A stretch of DNA of 56,291 bases. Origin: a virus. Lineage: Duplodnaviria; Caudoviricetes. Shown here piece after piece: positions 18,135-33,611 of this stretch. The position numbers and the translations under genes are program-made. The stretch's first letter is position 1, and each line of letters starts with the position of its first letter. The DNA lies in IMG/VR virus record IMGVR_UViG_3300047557_001143, positions 1 to 56,291 of that record, one strand, 5' to 3'. The notes below the pieces were generated by a model. That model had not been told where the DNA came from. It searched no databases and was given only the letters and a program-made list of their open reading frames with translations.

Positions 18135-20400
18135 TGACCAAGAAGGTCTTCGCGCTCGATACCAAGCCCGGTATTCAGCGGGACGGAACTCTCTTTGACA
18201 AGGAGTTCTATGTCGACGGCCGGTGGGTGCGGTTTCAGCGCGGGCGGCCGCGCAAGATCGGCGGGTATCGTCAGATCACAGACAAGATGTCTGGACCTTC
18301 TCGGGGCATCTATGTGGTGCCCCGAAATGCATTCAACAACATCTACAACGGGTACTCTGACGGTCTGCAGGTCATTCCGGTGGACGACAACGGCACCGGC
18401 TCTGGCATCACCGACTACACCTTCGGCGGCCCGATCCTGACGACCAACACGCTCGTCGGGGGCTCTGGATACACCAACGGCACCTACACAGGCGTTCCGC
18501 TGTCATATGTGTCCTCCGGGACCGGTTCCGGGGCCTCTGCGACGATCGTGGTGTCTGGCGGTGCTGTGACTGCGGTGACGATCACGGGCGGCGGATACGG
18601 CTATCTGCAGTACGACAAACTGACCGCGGCCGCATCCTTGATCGGCGGCACCGGCTCGGGCTTTTCCGTGCAGGTGGCCACCGTCAACAGTTGCTTCACG
18701 CCTTCCGTCAACAACCTGTGGCAGTTCGACACTTTCACAGACTCCTCCGGATCTGGCGCAAACCTGCTCTTGGCGCACCCCTCTCAGGATCTTTCTCAGA
18801 TCGACGATGAGACGAACACGCCGGTGCTGTGCGGGCCTCTCACAGGCACAAACCTTCGCCCGGTAGGCGTGTTCACGGAAGTAGCGGCCACCATCACCAG
18901 TGGCTCCAACTCGGTGACTCTGGCCTCTGCCAACACCAACATCGGTGTCGGACAACTCATCACCGGGCCTGGAATCCCTGCAGGCACCTTTGTGCAGGCC
19001 ATCTCGACGACCACGCTGACCTTGAGCCAGAACGCCTCGGCGAGCGGCACGAATGTCACCCTGGTGTTCGACAACGAGGTGTCTGTGTCTGGCGGAGTGG
19101 TTTCTCTGCATCCGTATGTCTTCGTGTACGGCAATGACGGATTCCTGAGGAACTGCGCGGCCGGGAATATCGACGATTGGGTGTCGGCTGACGCTAACGA
19201 GGTCAATGTGGCCACCGGCAAGATTGTTCAAGGTCTTCCGGTTCGAGGCGGCTCTAACGCGCCTTCTGGGCTGTTCTGGAGCCTGGACTCCATCATCCGC
19301 GTGTCTTACGCGCCAACGAACATCGTGGTGGGCGGAACGACCATCACCCAATACTGGCGCTACGATGTGATCACCTCTCAGTCTTCCATCCTGTCGGCTC
19401 AGAGTGTGATTGAGTACGACGGCGTGTACTTCTGGTGCGGGACTGACCGATTTCTTCTGTACAACGGTGTAGTTAAAGAGATTCCGAACTCGATGAACCA
19501 GAACTGGTTCTTCGACAACCTGAACTACACCCAGAGGCAGAAGGTCTTCGCCACGAAGGTCCCCCGCTTTGGGGAGATCTGGTGGTTCTACCCTCGGGGC
19601 GACTCTGCTGAGTGCAACGACGCGATCATCTACAACATCCGTGAGAACACTTGGTATGACCTTGGGCAAGCCTTGGGCGCCCGTCGTTCTGCCGGGTACT
19701 TCTCCCAGGTTTTCCGCTTCCCGGTCAACGCCGGGTGGGAAGCCAACTACACCGGGGCAATCAACACCCTGTCCATCTCCAATGCGGGATCTGGCTACAC
19801 GGATGGCACTTACTCTTTCCAGACTCTCACCGGAGGGTCTGGATCTGGCGCCACGGCCACGATCGTCATCTCCGGAGGGTCTGCAATCTCTGTCATTCTG
19901 AAGGACAAGGGTATCAACTACGCCGTGGGCGACACCCTTACTGCAGCCATTCCTGGCGGAACCAACCTGCAGTTCACGATCGACACCACGGTGGACTTCG
20001 TGACCCTGTGGCAACACGAGGTTGGGACAGACGAAGTCGCTTTCGCTCAGGTCAACGCCATCGAGTCCTACTTTGAGACCTCTGATCTTGGATGGGTGGC
20101 TGGTGGGCCTTCTGAGCCGTCTCCGGTGGGCGAGAACCGGTGGCTACGGATCGAGCGGGTGGAGCCTGACTTCATCCAGTCTGGCGACATGGATCTGTAC
20201 ATCACGGGTCGTCCTTATGCTCAAGAGCAGGACAAGACGACGGGCCCCTATACCTTCGCCCCGGGGACTGGCAAGATCGACATGAAAGAGCAGCGTCGAG
20301 AGTTGCGCATGAAGTTCGTCTCCAATGTCGAAGGCGGCAACTATCAGTTGGGCAAGGTGATCGTCAACGCCGATGTGGGCGATGTCCGCGGATACTCGTC

Positions 20401-20404
<4 letters not shown>
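18134..20404 (+). CDS. Tail nozzle/stabilisation protein with inserted beta domains
   Basis: KPGIQRD...WVRF...PRKIGG N-terminus and EIWWFYP...IYNIRENTWY core typical of podovirus nozzle proteins. Confidence 0.7.
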
Positions 20405-25519
<5,115 letters not shown>

Positions 25520-25529
25520 AGGAGCCGAT

Positions 25530-26462
25530 ATGTCACTCTTTGAAGGCAAAGCGCCGCCGGACATACAGACCACCAGAACTACGGCGGCTTCGGCTCCGAA
25601 GTATCTGACGGACTACCTGACTGATCTGGCATCGGCAGGTCAGTCTCAACTTGGCAAGACCGGCGAGGAGTTGGTGGCCGGCCAGGGGGCCCTGCAGCAG
25701 CAGGCCTTCAAGGAGGCTCCTGGTGCTCTGACGCGGTATCAGCAGCCCCTGTCCTCTGCCCTGTCGGCGGGACAGGCTGCTGCGGCTCCTACAACCGCGG
25801 CGGACATCTCGGCCTTCTACAACCCCTACGAGCAGCAGGTGGTGAACGATCTGGCCCGTCAGAGTGCCATGAATGTTCAGCAGACGATGCTGCCACAACT
25901 GCGAGGCGCTTTCGCGGGGACTGGGGCTTTCGGCAGCCGCCGGTATGCCGGAGCCACCGGACAGGCCCTGGCGGATGTTCAGCAGGATTTGTTGTCGCAG
26001 CAGGCAAAACTTCGTGCTGCAGGCTATACCTCTGCACTTGATGCCGCTCTGCGTCAACGCCAGACGCAAGCCCAGGCTGCGCAGGCTCTTGCAGGCACAG
26101 GCTCTGCTGAAGTGGGTGCGGCCAAGAACTACCTGGATGTTCTGTCCAACCTTGGACAGCAGCAGCAGGCATACGAGCAAGCCAAGATTGAGGCTCCTCT
26201 GATGCGGGCTCAGAATGTGGCGCAGATCATGCGCGGGTACACCTACCCGACGACCGTGGAGGAGACCTATAAGGGTCCCGGCACTGTTTATCAGCCCTCT
26301 CCGCTGCAGCAGATTGCCGGCCTAGGCGCTCTGCTTGGGTCTGGCTTCAATACTCCCGGCGGATGGGGCAACAGATTGGCCGGCCTGTTTGGCCGATTTG
26401 TGAGAGACCTTCCTGGTAGTCAGCCTGACTGGTGGCCCGAGGGCATTGAAGGGGGACCGTAA
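25530..26462 (+). CDS. DNA ejection/pilot-like protein
   Basis: Gln/Ala-rich, FYNPYEQQVV and GAFGSRR motifs, C-terminal SPLQQIAGLG helix. Confidence 0.65.
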   Translation: MSLFEGKAPPDIQTTRTTAASAPKYLTDYLTDLASAGQSQLGKTGEELVAGQGALQQQAFKEAPGALTRYQQPLSSALSAGQAAAAPTTAADISAFYNPYEQQVVNDLARQSAMNVQQTMLPQLRGAFAGTGAFGSRRYAGATGQALADVQQDLLSQQAKLRAAGYTSALDAALRQRQTQAQAAQALAGTGSAEVGAAKNYLDVLSNLGQQQQAYEQAKIEAPLMRAQNVAQIMRGYTYPTTVEETYKGPGTVYQPSPLQQIAGLGALLGSGFNTPGGWGNRLAGLFGRFVRDLPGSQPDWWPEGIEGGP

Positions 26463-26464
26463 GC

Positions 26465-28474
26465 ATGGCAACTGCACCCAAGACTAGCGCACGGTCTTAC
26501 TACGCCGAAACTCCCGAAGAGAAGTCAAAACTTGAGGCTTTAATGGAGAGCCGCAAGCGTCTTCAGGACGCACTGGCCTCTCGCAGTGATCCATTGTTTG
26601 ATCCTACCCTCTTGGCTATTGCTCAGGGAATGCTTGCGCCAACTAGGAGTGGGTCTTTTGGTGAGGCATTGAGCAATGTTGCCGGTTTAGTAGGCCCTGC
26701 GCAGGCTGCCGAAGAAAAGCGGATTCTTGAAAATGCTCAGATTCGCGCAGAACTCGCAGCACAGGATTTCTTAGTAGAGCAACAGGCTGAAACCGCAAGG
26801 CAGATGGCGCGGCAGCCGTCAATTTTTGATGTCATGGCTGGGCGGGCGGGCCCAAGCGCTCTAGGCGGCGCCCCCGCCTCTGCTCAGGCAGTGCCTACAA
26901 CTCCCATCGGAGTTCCCGGGGAAGTTCCTAGTAAGGCCCCCGGCGCGGCTCAAATGGGGCCGGCAACCGGCGGCAGGAATGTGTTGCAGGGGCTTGAGAT
27001 GATTGAGCAGCAATTCAGGTCTCCGCGTCCTGAAATGCAGGCTCGGGCGAAGCAGAACTTGGAACTTTGGCAAGCGGCCAACAAAGATCAATTTAAAGTT
27101 GAGAACCGAGTTGTCTACGATATGTTCAATGTAGACGCTAACGGCCGACCCCGTATCGTTGCCGATCTTGGCGAGCAGAAGCCTTATGAGATTACCTACA
27201 AAGGACAAGGTCGATCTGTGCCCGCAACTGCTGTTGAGGTTCAAGAGTACAGGGATCAACAGATGCGCGGCCCCGAGGCTGAAGAGGCGGCCTTCAATCG
27301 TTTGTTTAAGGGGCGCAGAAGTGGCGTAGAGTCTATGCCGTTTGGCGGTGAGCGCGGGATGTTCTCTGTTCGGATTCCCGATCCTGCCAACCCCACTCAG
27401 TTGCTGACCTTGACTGGAGAGGCGACTGCGCGTCAGCGGGCACTGCTTGAAGAGGCTCAAGAACGGGCGTTCAAGACTGGGGACTTTGGCGAACTTCAGC
27501 GTATGTATACGGAAGCCACTGGCCAGGGCGCGTATCGCCCAAGAGGTCCTGCTGCGGCTCCTGGAGCGCCCGCTCCCGCCGGAGCCCCTGCCGGTGCGCC
27601 ATCAGCAAGAATTCCCTCTGCTGAACAGGCCAAGCGCGATCAAGACAGCCAAGCGATCCTTCGAGACGAGTTGTCGAAGACAAGTCAGCGTGTGGCGGAT
27701 GCGATTCGGGACAACAACCCCGAAGAAGAGCGGCGTGCCCGGTCTGACATCTTGGCCATTCGTCGGCAACTGGACTCTATGCAGGGGGTTCCTGCAGGCC
27801 TGTCTGTCGATCCAGAGTTAGCATCGCTGCCTGTTGGCGAACAGGTCAAGATTACGATTGACCGAATCAAGGCGAGCGACAAGGAAGCCGGCGATCAGAT
27901 GGCGTTGATCCGCCAAGTTGGCTCTCCTGCTCAGGTCACTGCTTCCGATCGCAGAAACCAAGAGATTTTGACTTTGGCCAGAGAGAATCCCAAGGTCTTC
28001 AACCTGATGGCTCGGCAGGGGCTGTTTACGGCTCTCGCTGCTTCTGCTAATGAAGGCTTCAAGGTTGGTCAGTATTCTGTTTCTGCGCCGGTTCAAACCT
28101 TCTTGCAGAAGTTGAATCTGACTCCTCAAGAGCAAGCGGTTGCGCGTCGCGTGACCATGCTGCTTGACGAAGAGTTCTTCAACAGAGCGGTCTACAACAA
28201 GACTGTGCTTGGGCCTCAGATCTCAAACGCAGACGCTACGCTGATGAAGTCGCCGATGGCTCGGCCAGAGGACTCTGCCAAGGTCATCGCCTACTGGGCG
28301 CAGCACGCTCTGCTGACAAACCGTCAGGCGGCTGAACTCTACAACGCGGCCATGAAGTACCCGGCAAACCGCAGCCCGAGAGGGTTTATTGCGCAGGATG
28401 CCGCCAACATCATGAACACTTACACGCCGCGGTATCAGGTGCTGCAGCAGAGATTCTCCGCAGGAGGTCAATGA
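26465..28474 (+). CDS. Putative ejection/internal virion protein
   Basis: Helical Ala/Gln/Pro-rich; GPQISNAD motif; operon position. Confidence 0.6.
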   Translation: MATAPKTSARSYYAETPEEKSKLEALMESRKRLQDALASRSDPLFDPTLLAIAQGMLAPTRSGSFGEALSNVAGLVGPAQAAEEKRILENAQIRAELAAQDFLVEQQAETARQMARQPSIFDVMAGRAGPSALGGAPASAQAVPTTPIGVPGEVPSKAPGAAQMGPATGGRNVLQGLEMIEQQFRSPRPEMQARAKQNLELWQAANKDQFKVENRVVYDMFNVDANGRPRIVADLGEQKPYEITYKGQGRSVPATAVEVQEYRDQQMRGPEAEEAAFNRLFKGRRSGVESMPFGGERGMFSVRIPDPANPTQLLTLTGEATARQRALLEEAQERAFKTGDFGELQRMYTEATGQGAYRPRGPAAAPGAPAPAGAPAGAPSARIPSAEQAKRDQDSQAILRDELSKTSQRVADAIRDNNPEEERRARSDILAIRRQLDSMQGVPAGLSVDPELASLPVGEQVKITIDRIKASDKEAGDQMALIRQVGSPAQVTASDRRNQEILTLARENPKVFNLMARQGLFTALAASANEGFKVGQYSVSAPVQTFLQKLNLTPQEQAVARRVTMLLDEEFFNRAVYNKTVLGPQISNADATLMKSPMARPEDSAKVIAYWAQHALLTNRQAAELYNAAMKYPANRSPRGFIAQDAANIMNTYTPRYQVLQQRFSAGGQ

Positions 28475-29514
28475 TGGCCAAAGACAAAGACGATGATGTC
28501 GAGAAGTGGCTGAAGGAGAACCTCCCTCAGTACGAGGAAACCGTCAAGGCGCTTCCAGATATGGAAGTGACTGTTGATGAGAAGAAGACGCCTATCCCCA
28601 TCTCTCCTGAGGACCGCCTGACATATGGCGCAATCGGTGCCGGCGTCGGAGCCGCTGCTTCAAAGGGCATGGCCAATCGACTCGTTGCTCAGAGGCTTGC
28701 TCAAGGTAAGCCGGTTCCGCCTTCTCTCTTCAGCGCGGCAAGTCCTTCTGCTCGGGCAGTTCGCGCAGCCCCAACCGCTCCCGCTCCTGCTCCCATGGCG
28801 CCCCCTATGGGAGCCCCGACAGTACCTGGGCGAAGTGTCACAGATCAAATCCTGCAGGGCACGATTGAGGACGGCGCTACTGGACGGGCCAGGACCACGG
28901 GATTCAATGTCCAAACAGCCCAGGAAGCCGCTCGTCAGCGTCAGATGGCCGAACTCATTGAAGAGATGCGCCGTCGTGGTGTTGTCGGTCAGTCTGCCAA
29001 GGATCTCTTTGCTTCCCTGCCGGGAATGACCTCCACTCCCTCAGGCGTTCTGACGCCTCGGGCTGAGGCTCCGACTACCGCCGGCCCTCGTCCTGCTCCT
29101 GCAGCCCCGTTTATGGGCCCTCCTGAGCCTCCTACGACGGGCGGCTACACCATGCAACAGAGGCCTGGGGCCCTGCAGCAGGCTGCCGGGATGGCCAAGC
29201 GTGGCATGGGGGCAATCGCATCTCCTGTTGCTGAAGTCGGAGGTGCGTTGCTGTCCTCTCCTCGGATCTCTGGCGCACTAGGTGGCGCGGGTGTGGCAGA
29301 AAGTGCCATGCAGTATCTGAGCCGTCAGGATGCAGATCCGATGGGGGCAAAAGTTTCCGTAGGCACAGGGATGTTGGGGCTACTCTCGCTGCTGCCCCAA
29401 ATTACTCCGGCCACAAGGATGGCGGCGGGCGTTTTGTCTCCGCTCGGGATGTATCTCTACGACAAGTTGATGCCGTACAAGTCTGTTTTAGAGCAGCCTC
29501 CGCCGCAGCAATAG
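28471..29514 (+). CDS. Putative ejection/internal virion protein
   Basis: Last late gene before terminator; Ala/Pro/Gly-rich with hydrophobic C-terminus. Confidence 0.55.
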   Translation: MMAKDKDDDVEKWLKENLPQYEETVKALPDMEVTVDEKKTPIPISPEDRLTYGAIGAGVGAAASKGMANRLVAQRLAQGKPVPPSLFSAASPSARAVRAAPTAPAPAPMAPPMGAPTVPGRSVTDQILQGTIEDGATGRARTTGFNVQTAQEAARQRQMAELIEEMRRRGVVGQSAKDLFASLPGMTSTPSGVLTPRAEAPTTAGPRPAPAAPFMGPPEPPTTGGYTMQQRPGALQQAAGMAKRGMGAIASPVAEVGGALLSSPRISGALGGAGVAESAMQYLSRQDADPMGAKVSVGTGMLGLLSLLPQITPATRMAAGVLSPLGMYLYDKLMPYKSVLEQPPPQQ

Positions 29515-29553
29515 GTTTCTCCTTCTCTCTGCAGTTGCCAAACCAAGAGAGTT

Positions 29554-29577
29554 GAGCCCCTTCGGGGGCTCTTTTTA
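29554..29577 (+). terminator. Terminator at the convergence of late and early operons
   Basis: GAGCCCC-TTCG-GGGGCTC followed by TTTTT, between convergent genes. Confidence 0.9.
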
Positions 29578-29799
29578 TGCGTGTCCGCCGGTGCAGGACA
29601 TCAGCAGAACCGTCCGCTCGTGGACCTGCTCTATCTCTGACATCGCCTGTTCATAACCGCGGTCGAAGATCAGCGAGATGACCTTGCACTGATAGGCGTC
29701 TTCAGTCCTGACGCCCTTGTCATACTCCTCGGCCAACTCGGCAATCTCTTCCCAGTTGCCTTCGAGTTGGCCTTTGGAGTTGATCTTCAGTAGGATCAT
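29575..29799 (-). CDS. Hypothetical early protein
   Basis: Coupled ORF MILLKINSKG... at end of leftward operon. Confidence 0.6.
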   Translation of the reverse strand: MILLKINSKGQLEGNWEEIAELAEEYDKGVRTEDAYQCKVISLIFDRGYEQAMSEIEQVHERTVLLMSCTGGHA

Positions 29800-29996
29800 T
29801 TCTGGGCCTTGAGCCACTTACGAAGCAGGACACCTTGCTCGACCAGTTCATCGGTCAAGGCAAGGGCCTGCTTGTAGTCGTTCTCCAGGCAAGCATCATG
29901 AATGAGGCGCTCCAACTTCTCCACCTTCATGAGGTAGGTGGAGTAGTCAGAGAAGTCCTCGGTTTCGGGCTTTGTCAACCAGTGAATCAATTTCAT
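29796..29996 (-). CDS. Hypothetical early protein
   Basis: MKLIHW...DYSTYLMKVEKL helical ORF coupled to the next gene. Confidence 0.55.
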   Translation of the reverse strand: MKLIHWLTKPETEDFSDYSTYLMKVEKLERLIHDACLENDYKQALALTDELVEQGVLLRKWLKAQK

Positions 29997-30171
29997 ACAA
30001 GGCCTCTCTGTCGGCCACATAGGAGGCATTCCCTGCGGCCATGACTTCTCTCACCTCATGATACCGCTTGGCATCATCTTCCATCTGCTTGAGCATGACC
30101 AGAAAAAGGGGCAACTGAGATTCAGTCCACCCCTCTCCGAAGATCGCCGTGATGAACTCTTCGGGCGTCAC
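29947..30171 (-). CDS. Hypothetical early protein
   Basis: GTG start overlapping upstream stop. Confidence 0.55.
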   Translation of the reverse strand: MTPEEFITAIFGEGWTESQLPLFLVMLKQMEDDAKRYHEVREVMAAGNASYVADREALYEIDSLVDKARNRGLL

Positions 30172-30389
30172 AAGGGGCCTCGCTTGGCCTCCAGTGCGTC
30201 TGCCACCTGAGCATTGAGGCTTCTGACGAACTCAATGCACAGATCCCGCTCCATCTTGGCGATCTTGGGCGCTGCTGCTTCGATGAACCCGTTGGCCATC
30301 TTGATGAGGTCTTCTTCGAGGAGGGCATAGTTCTCCTCCAACCACATCCCGCGGAAGGCAGCCTTGATCTCTTCGTTGTTGAGGATCAT
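30168..30389 (-). CDS. Hypothetical early protein
   Basis: ATGA-coupled 73-aa ORF. Confidence 0.65.
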   Translation of the reverse strand: MILNNEEIKAAFRGMWLEENYALLEEDLIKMANGFIEAAAPKIAKMERDLCIEFVRSLNAQVADALEAKRGPL

Positions 30390-30646
30390 GCGCGTGCCTT
30401 CCGTGCGGTTTTGCGGCCAGGGCGAGCGCGAGGAGTACCGTCCTTCTTCAGGCCGTAGGGAGCATGATCCTTGCCAACCATCGAGTGATGGACGGCGATG
30501 GGAGTGGAGATCGTGACGGTGCTAGTCTTCTTAGACTCCGTTTCGCAATCTTTGAAGTAGTTTTTCAAGAGGTTGATCTTGTGCTCAACCGCCTCGCGGA
30601 TGAAGTTGAGTTCGTCCCGCGTCACATCAATCGTAATTCGTTCCAT
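30386..30646 (-). CDS. Small protein with C-terminal AT-hook-like tail
   Basis: AAGGAG RBS; APYGLKKDGTPRARPGRK. Confidence 0.65.
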   Translation of the reverse strand: MERITIDVTRDELNFIREAVEHKINLLKNYFKDCETESKKTSTVTISTPIAVHHSMVGKDHAPYGLKKDGTPRARPGRKTARKARA

Positions 30647-30656
30647 TGTTCTCTCC

Positions 30657-30827
30657 TTAGAAAAAGCCAAACCAAACGCCAGTTCCGTGGACACAGCCCA
30701 CGGGGAAGAAGATCGCGCCGGCCAGTAGAAGAATCCACTTGCTCGTCGAGATCGACACCACGATGTGTGTCAGCCACGCCAACACAGTCCAGATCACGAG
30801 CACTACGCTCAGGAAGTTGTCACTCAT
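30657..30827 (-). CDS. Small membrane protein (56 aa; absent from ORF track)
   Basis: MSDNFLSVVLVIWTVLAWLTHIVV...FFPVGCVHGTGVWFGFF with GGAG RBS. Confidence 0.65.
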   Translation of the reverse strand: MSDNFLSVVLVIWTVLAWLTHIVVSISTSKWILLLAGAIFFPVGCVHGTGVWFGFF

Positions 30828-31593
30828 CTGTTCTCTCCAATCCGCTCTTCGCGTACCAGAACTGCAGGAGGCTGTTGAACATCTTCCACCCGCGCTCCAG
30901 ATCTTCTTGACTCCACTCCCTGACTACGACCAGTCCCGGCTGCGTCACCGAGACGAAGACATTCGCGCAGCGGGCTTTTGGAAGGCCTAAACCAACTCGG
31001 TATGACGCTAGTTGCATGAGGTGTTCATCAAAGCCCTGAGCCTTGTCCATGGTCTCCTCAGTGAACTCCTTGGTCTTGAAGTCGATCACGACTCCCTGGC
31101 CGTCCTGAGAATGGAGGTCGACCTTTCCGCCGAATCCGTCCCTGGCGAAGGACTTCTCCGTAGACCACTCTAGGTTGCCGAAGATCTTGACGATTTCGGA
31201 CTCCGTCCCGGCCACAGACTCGGCGAACTTGGTGGTGACATGGCGCGTCTCGAAGAATGATTCGAGGGCGGCGTGGACCTCAGAACCCCGCTCCGCGGCC
31301 ATCTTGGCCTGCTCTTTCGAGTCCGCCTGGATGCGGCTGATGAATGACTCTTCCGACTCCTCCGGGGCCCGGGGAAGGGTAAGGGCGGCAAGCATCATCT
31401 GCTGCAGTTTCCAAGCCTCCAGGCCCGGAGAGGCTGCACATTTGATGATGGTGGTCACAGAAGGGACGAGCCCCAACTTCCTCGCATCCCGCAGGGTGGT
31501 CGGTCGTGGGTGCCCGTCCTTGTTCTTGACCGTGTATGCCGGCTCACCGGTACGGGTGTACCAGTGCTGACTTTCGGATGCACGGACGATCAT
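30820..31593 (-). CDS. PD-(D/E)XK exonuclease (Cas4/RecE-like)
   Basis: PSVTTI, ERGSEVH, GGKVDL, IDFKT, QLASY motifs. Confidence 0.85.
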   Translation of the reverse strand: MIVRASESQHWYTRTGEPAYTVKNKDGHPRPTTLRDARKLGLVPSVTTIIKCAASPGLEAWKLQQMMLAALTLPRAPEESEESFISRIQADSKEQAKMAAERGSEVHAALESFFETRHVTTKFAESVAGTESEIVKIFGNLEWSTEKSFARDGFGGKVDLHSQDGQGVVIDFKTKEFTEETMDKAQGFDEHLMQLASYRVGLGLPKARCANVFVSVTQPGLVVVREWSQEDLERGWKMFNSLLQFWYAKSGLERTDE

Positions 31594-31601
31594 AACTACT
31601 C

Positions 31602-32258
31602 CTAGAAGGGCAGGTCTTCGAGGTCGTCTTCCATGTTGTCAAAACCGGTGCCGGTCTTGGCGGTCTTGGAAGACTTCTTGGCGGTCTGATACTCAGGCGA
31701 GGACTCAATCTTGGCCTTCAGGCCCTTCGAGAAGGTCTCGAAGAGTTCCCAGTCCGGATCACCCAGACGGAACATCTGCAGGGGGTTCACGCCTTCAGGG
31801 AGGCCCTGCTTCTTCAGGAAGCCCGGGACGGGGGAAATACCGGCCACATTGGCGAAAGTCTTCCCATCCGACATCCCAGGTCGATGAATGATGTTCAGCA
31901 TACACCACTGACCCAGGACATTCTTGAGGTCAAACCGTGCGGCCTCCTTATCCGTCCACGGGGTTCCGCGCCATGCCTGCAGATCCTTGCGCAGGGTTGC
32001 GGCCTCATTCCACGACAAGGTGTAGTTCTTGAAGATGGCCATAGGCTTGCCGTCATCCGTCTTCAGGGGCTCGCCAGACTCATCCTCTCCATGGATCTCC
32101 CAGGCGAACATGACCTTGCGCTGCATCTTGGTTTCACCTTGATAGGTGGTTGTCTGGGTGCCCAGGTCAACGATGCGGTACAGCCGCGCCAGATGGGTTC
32201 CTGCGGGGACGATCTTGAACTCGCGGCCACCGCCGGATGCTTCTACGATGAAACTCAT
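31602..32258 (-). CDS. Single-stranded DNA-binding protein
   Basis: VPAGTHLARLYRIVDLGTQ OB-fold start; acidic EDDLEDLPF C-terminal tail. Confidence 0.8.
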   Translation of the reverse strand: MSFIVEASGGGREFKIVPAGTHLARLYRIVDLGTQTTTYQGETKMQRKVMFAWEIHGEDESGEPLKTDDGKPMAIFKNYTLSWNEAATLRKDLQAWRGTPWTDKEAARFDLKNVLGQWCMLNIIHRPGMSDGKTFANVAGISPVPGFLKKQGLPEGVNPLQMFRLGDPDWELFETFSKGLKAKIESSPEYQTAKKSSKTAKTGTGFDNMEDDLEDLPF

Positions 32259-32410
32259 TTCTGCTCCTTAGAAAAAAACTGCTCAGTTACTTTCTTCACT
32301 GCTTCCACACTCAATCCTGCGTTCTGCAGGGCTTCCTTCAGGCACCACTCTTGGTACTCCTGTTGTGCCTGGGAATCTTTCAACCACTCTAGGTACTCCT
32401 CTTCTGTCAT
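32255..32410 (-). CDS. Small hypothetical protein (51 aa)
   Basis: MTEEEYLEWLKDSQAQQEYQEW..., coupled at both ends. Confidence 0.55.
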   Translation of the reverse strand: MTEEEYLEWLKDSQAQQEYQEWCLKEALQNAGLSVEAVKKVTEQFFSKEQK

Positions 32411-32631
32411 GTCCTGCTCCTGATGGCTTTAGCAGCGGTTCCTCCGGGGTTAGGTCTGTACCATGCCACTAACTCCTCACACACCTTCGCGCATTCCTCA
32501 CGCTCATGCGCGGCGACAAGGGCGGCGAAGCGTTCAAGGCTTTCTTCAACCTCAAACTTGTGCCAACTGCCATTAGCAGGGAACACGGCGCCTGCCCTCC
32601 GCGCCAGTGCGATCACGGTGTCACGATCCAT
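32407..32631 (-). CDS. Hypothetical protein
   Basis: LERFAALVAAHEREECAKVCE motif common in small proteobacterial phage ORFs. Confidence 0.7.
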   Translation of the reverse strand: MDRDTVIALARRAGAVFPANGSWHKFEVEESLERFAALVAAHEREECAKVCEELVAWYRPNPGGTAAKAIRSRT

Positions 32632-32733
32632 CTGATCCCCTCCAATATCCAAGCGGCTGCGACGATCAACATCCACAGCACGAACATCTCAAAGAGAAAC
32701 TGCCCAAGGCAAACAAAGAAGAATTGCAGGAAC

Positions 32734-33207
32734 TCACGGTTCATGCTGCTCTCCTATGCCGTGCTTGCGTTCGATGGCGCGGACAGCGTTGACGATGTAG
32801 CCCAACAACTCGCGGTCATCTGCTATGTTCGGGTTGATCTTGGTGTGCTCGTAGATCAGTCGCTCGACTTCTTTCAACGGCAGCGGCTTGCGCGGGGTGG
32901 GTGCGGTGTATAGGGGTGTCCATGTTCCATCAGCCCGATCAGGGTCAACAGTGACGGTTCCGTCCTTCCATATCCACGCGACCGGCTCCTGCTCAGGCTC
33001 GGCAAGGGCTTTATACCGCTTGCGCCAGTAGTCAGCATTGCCTGCGTAACGGCGGGCCTCTTCTTGCCAGTAGTCAGGCTCGGCAAGGGCTGCGCGGAGG
33101 TCGTCGATTGCTTGGTTTAATTTCTTGTAGTCCGAGTCAGACATAAAGCGCGTTGCTTTATCCATTGCCTCAAGCGCCTGCTGCGCGGCTTGTCGTAAGT
33201 TAGTCAT
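32734..33207 (-). CDS. Hypothetical mosaic protein
   Basis: LRQAAQQALEA, EQEPVAW, PLYTAP and RAIERKHGI motifs. Confidence 0.7.
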   Translation of the reverse strand: MTNLRQAAQQALEAMDKATRFMSDSDYKKLNQAIDDLRAALAEPDYWQEEARRYAGNADYWRKRYKALAEPEQEPVAWIWKDGTVTVDPDRADGTWTPLYTAPTPRKPLPLKEVERLIYEHTKINPNIADDRELLGYIVNAVRAIERKHGIGEQHEP

Positions 33208-33403
33208 TGGCCTCCTCCTGTCTGACAGCCTCACCGCAGGCAACCTTGACCGCCAGGAGTAGGTTGGTGGCCATCCGCCACTCCACTCCATCCATCTGAC
33301 GGCGGTCGATGTAGCACTGCCGCAGCAGTTCGATGACCTGATCCACATCCTCGTGGATCTCATAAACCGCACTGCGGGGGAATTTGACAAGCATGGTTTT
33401 CAT
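33200..33403 (-). CDS. Hypothetical protein
   Basis: Coupled 67-aa ORF. Confidence 0.5.
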   Translation of the reverse strand: MKTMLVKFPRSAVYEIHEDVDQVIELLRQCYIDRRQMDGVEWRMATNLLLAVKVACGEAVRQEEAND

Positions 33404-33609
33404 CTCACCACCGCCACGAGACCGAGGATCAGGACGATGGTCAGAGCCCACAGGCCCGCCCAGTATTCGGCAGACACGCGAGGACGCCCCAAGCCCAGAA
33501 GAGCACGCTGCAGGCGCTCCTCATCAACGGTGGGGTGATAGCGGAATCGGGGGGGATCGTACCGGCAGCCGATCTCGACTTTGCCGGTGTTGTAGGGGGG
33601 TGTGCGCAT
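33400..33609 (-). CDS. First gene of leftward operon, C-terminal TM helix
   Basis: PYNTGKVEIGCRY...ERLQRALL motif; GGAG RBS. Confidence 0.7.
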   Translation of the reverse strand: MRTPPYNTGKVEIGCRYDPPRFRYHPTVDEERLQRALLGLGRPRVSAEYWAGLWALTIVLILGLVAVVR

Positions 33610-33611
33610 TC

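Noticed and set aside
30820-31593. Cas4 as part of a CRISPR system
   Set aside because: No other cas genes; the SSB neighbour indicates a recombination exonuclease
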